Shown here: in pieces, positions 44,353-64,000 of the stretch
Layout: each line of letters begins with the position of its first letter
Numbering within the stretch: position 1 is the stretch's first letter
The notes under the pieces: generated by a model
What the model saw: the letters and a program-made list of their open reading frames with translations, nothing else
Told to the model about the DNA's origin: nothing
The model's database searches: none
Origin: the human T2T-CHM13v2.0 reference genome, Homo sapiens
DNA length: 64,000 nt
Reading direction: 5' to 3' (one strand)
Assembly: GCF_009914755.1 (NCBI RefSeq)
Contig: NC_060931.1
Made by a program: the position numbers and the translations under genes

Positions 44353-44479
44353 TATGCTGTGCAAAGGATCCACAGCAAGGAAGGTCACAACATCCAAATT
44401 TTTAAAATAATTGTCATTATATTCTTTCAATTTATGAATAACTATATTATATATCATTTATAAATGCATATGACGTTAT

Positions 44480-44836
44480 ACACAAGGTTAAATGCAAATA
44501 TCCTCCGGTGTCGGCCTGGCTGAGATCAGGGAAGAAGCCTTGCCTGTAAAGGCTGCAGCCCAGCCTGTTATTTTTGCTTCCTTCAGCCCAGTGATCAAAT
44601 ATTGTGTCATTCAGGCATGAAGGGTGGGGCCTGAAACCTTATCCAATCAGGGGCCGTGGACTAGAAACTGGCCAATCAGGCGTGCAGCTGGAGAGACCAG
44701 GACGCTTCCGTAAGTTTGCGGGTCCTTTTGTGCTTCTCTGCGTCCCGAGCTCCAGTTCTTTTCTTCAGGGCTCTGCATTCTCTGCTCCTAGAGGCCAGCC
44801 TCTGTGGCCTTGTGTCCTGCAGGTATTCGCAGATTT
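44480..44836 (+). promoter_or_regulatory. Promoter and 5'UTR of the KRAB-ZNF gene
   Basis: CCAAT at 44643 and 44672, octamer ATGCAAAT at 44492-44499, ETS-like CTTCCG near 44705, raised GC/CpG content before the ATG. Confidence 0.7.
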
Positions 44837-62960
<18,124 letters not shown>

Positions 62961-62990
62961 CAGAAAGTTTATAGTTAATAATAGCATTAT

Positions 62991-63288
62991 AGGCTGGGCG
63001 TGTTGGCTCACCCTTGAAATTCCAGCACTTTGGGAGGCCAAGGTCAGTGGATCATGAGATCAGGAGTTCAAGACCAGCCTGGCCAACATGGTGAAAGCCC
63101 ATCTCTACTAAAAATACAAAAATTAGCCAGGCGTGGTGGCGTGTGCCTGTAATCCCAGCTACTTGGGAGGCTGAGGCAGGCGAATTGCTTGAACCTGAGA
63201 GGTGGAGGTTGCAGTGAGCCAACACAGAGCTGCTACACACGCAGCCTGGGTGACAGAGCAAGACTCCATCTCAAAAAAACAAAAAAGG
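62991..63288 (+). mobile_element. AluS in the 3'UTR
   Basis: Dimer; TSD gcattata. Confidence 0.88.
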
Positions 63289-63907
63289 CATTATAAATGT
63301 GATTACTGTAAAAACACCTTTTGGAAAATATAGGCCTTTAAAGTAAAGACTATTTATTCTGAAGACAAACATACAAACATAAAGAGGATTGTTATACCTT
63401 TACTGGCATTACAGATGTTATTGTATGCATTTTATGTTAAAGGAAAACCCTGAAGCAGATGCTCAAACTTTGTGGAACATCAGAGAATTTATATTTGAGA
63501 GAAAGCCTAAACATGTAATGAATGTGAAAAAACATTTGTTCAAAAACTACAGCTTAGAAGACACCAGTTTATACTAAATATTTTTGTAGATCCAAAATAT
63601 TCACAGTAGAAAGAATGAAGGCACTGAAACTTCAGACATTACACTAAATCAGAGTGTTGAATGTAAAAGAGATCCAAAGATAACAGTATATACATTTCAA
63701 AGAAGTAGTTTTTTTTGGAGATTTATAATTACATTCGAGCTATGCTTCATTTTCTGTAAAAAAAATTTAGATTTTCTGAAAAGCAAATAATATTGTAACT
63801 CAAGTCTCAGATTACTTAATGTTGATTCTTCCCATTGTTTGTGAAAGTATTTGATCAATTGTTGCATCAGAGATATAAGAGATTGTTTATCAATTGTACC
63901 TTTATGT

Positions 63908-63949
63908 AATAAAATGCAATAAATTTAACTTAATTTTTCATTAAATAAA
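63908..63949 (+). terminator. Cluster of candidate polyadenylation signals
   Basis: AATAAA at 63908, 63918 and 63944 followed by T/GT-rich sequence, at the end of a ZNF-type 3'UTR. Confidence 0.5.
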
Positions 63950-64000
63950 GTTGTTTTTAATGTGTTAAAACTATTGTGCTTTGAAAAATGTGTTAATTTG

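Overview
Primate (most likely human) genomic DNA from a ZNF91-family KRAB zinc-finger cluster, AT-rich and dense in Alu, L1 and LTR repeats. The content fits the chr7q11.21 cluster, but that placement is from recall and not a search. There is one intact 4-exon KRAB-C2H2 gene on + (join 44837-44875, 51497-51623, 52109-52204, 60916-61808; 1155 nt, 384 aa, six canonical fingers; probably ZNF722) with an antisense L1PA in intron 3. Upstream lie fragments of other cluster units: a minus-strand KRAB pseudogene whose zinc-finger exon appears replaced by an L1 fragment, an orphan KRAB-B exon, a duplicated 3' flank, and a V1R (VN1R) pseudogene. The most unusual element is a 1.19-kb insertion (7479-8670, minus) with a perfect 16-bp target-site duplication. 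It reads as an L1-made retrocopy of a spliced chimeric RNA: HERV-W R-U5-PBS joined at the viral splice donor to an antisense-Alu exon, then unique sequence, an AluJ and poly(A). No prokaryotic features, CRISPR arrays or RNA genes were found. Repeat subfamily names and repeat boundaries are by eye and approximate.
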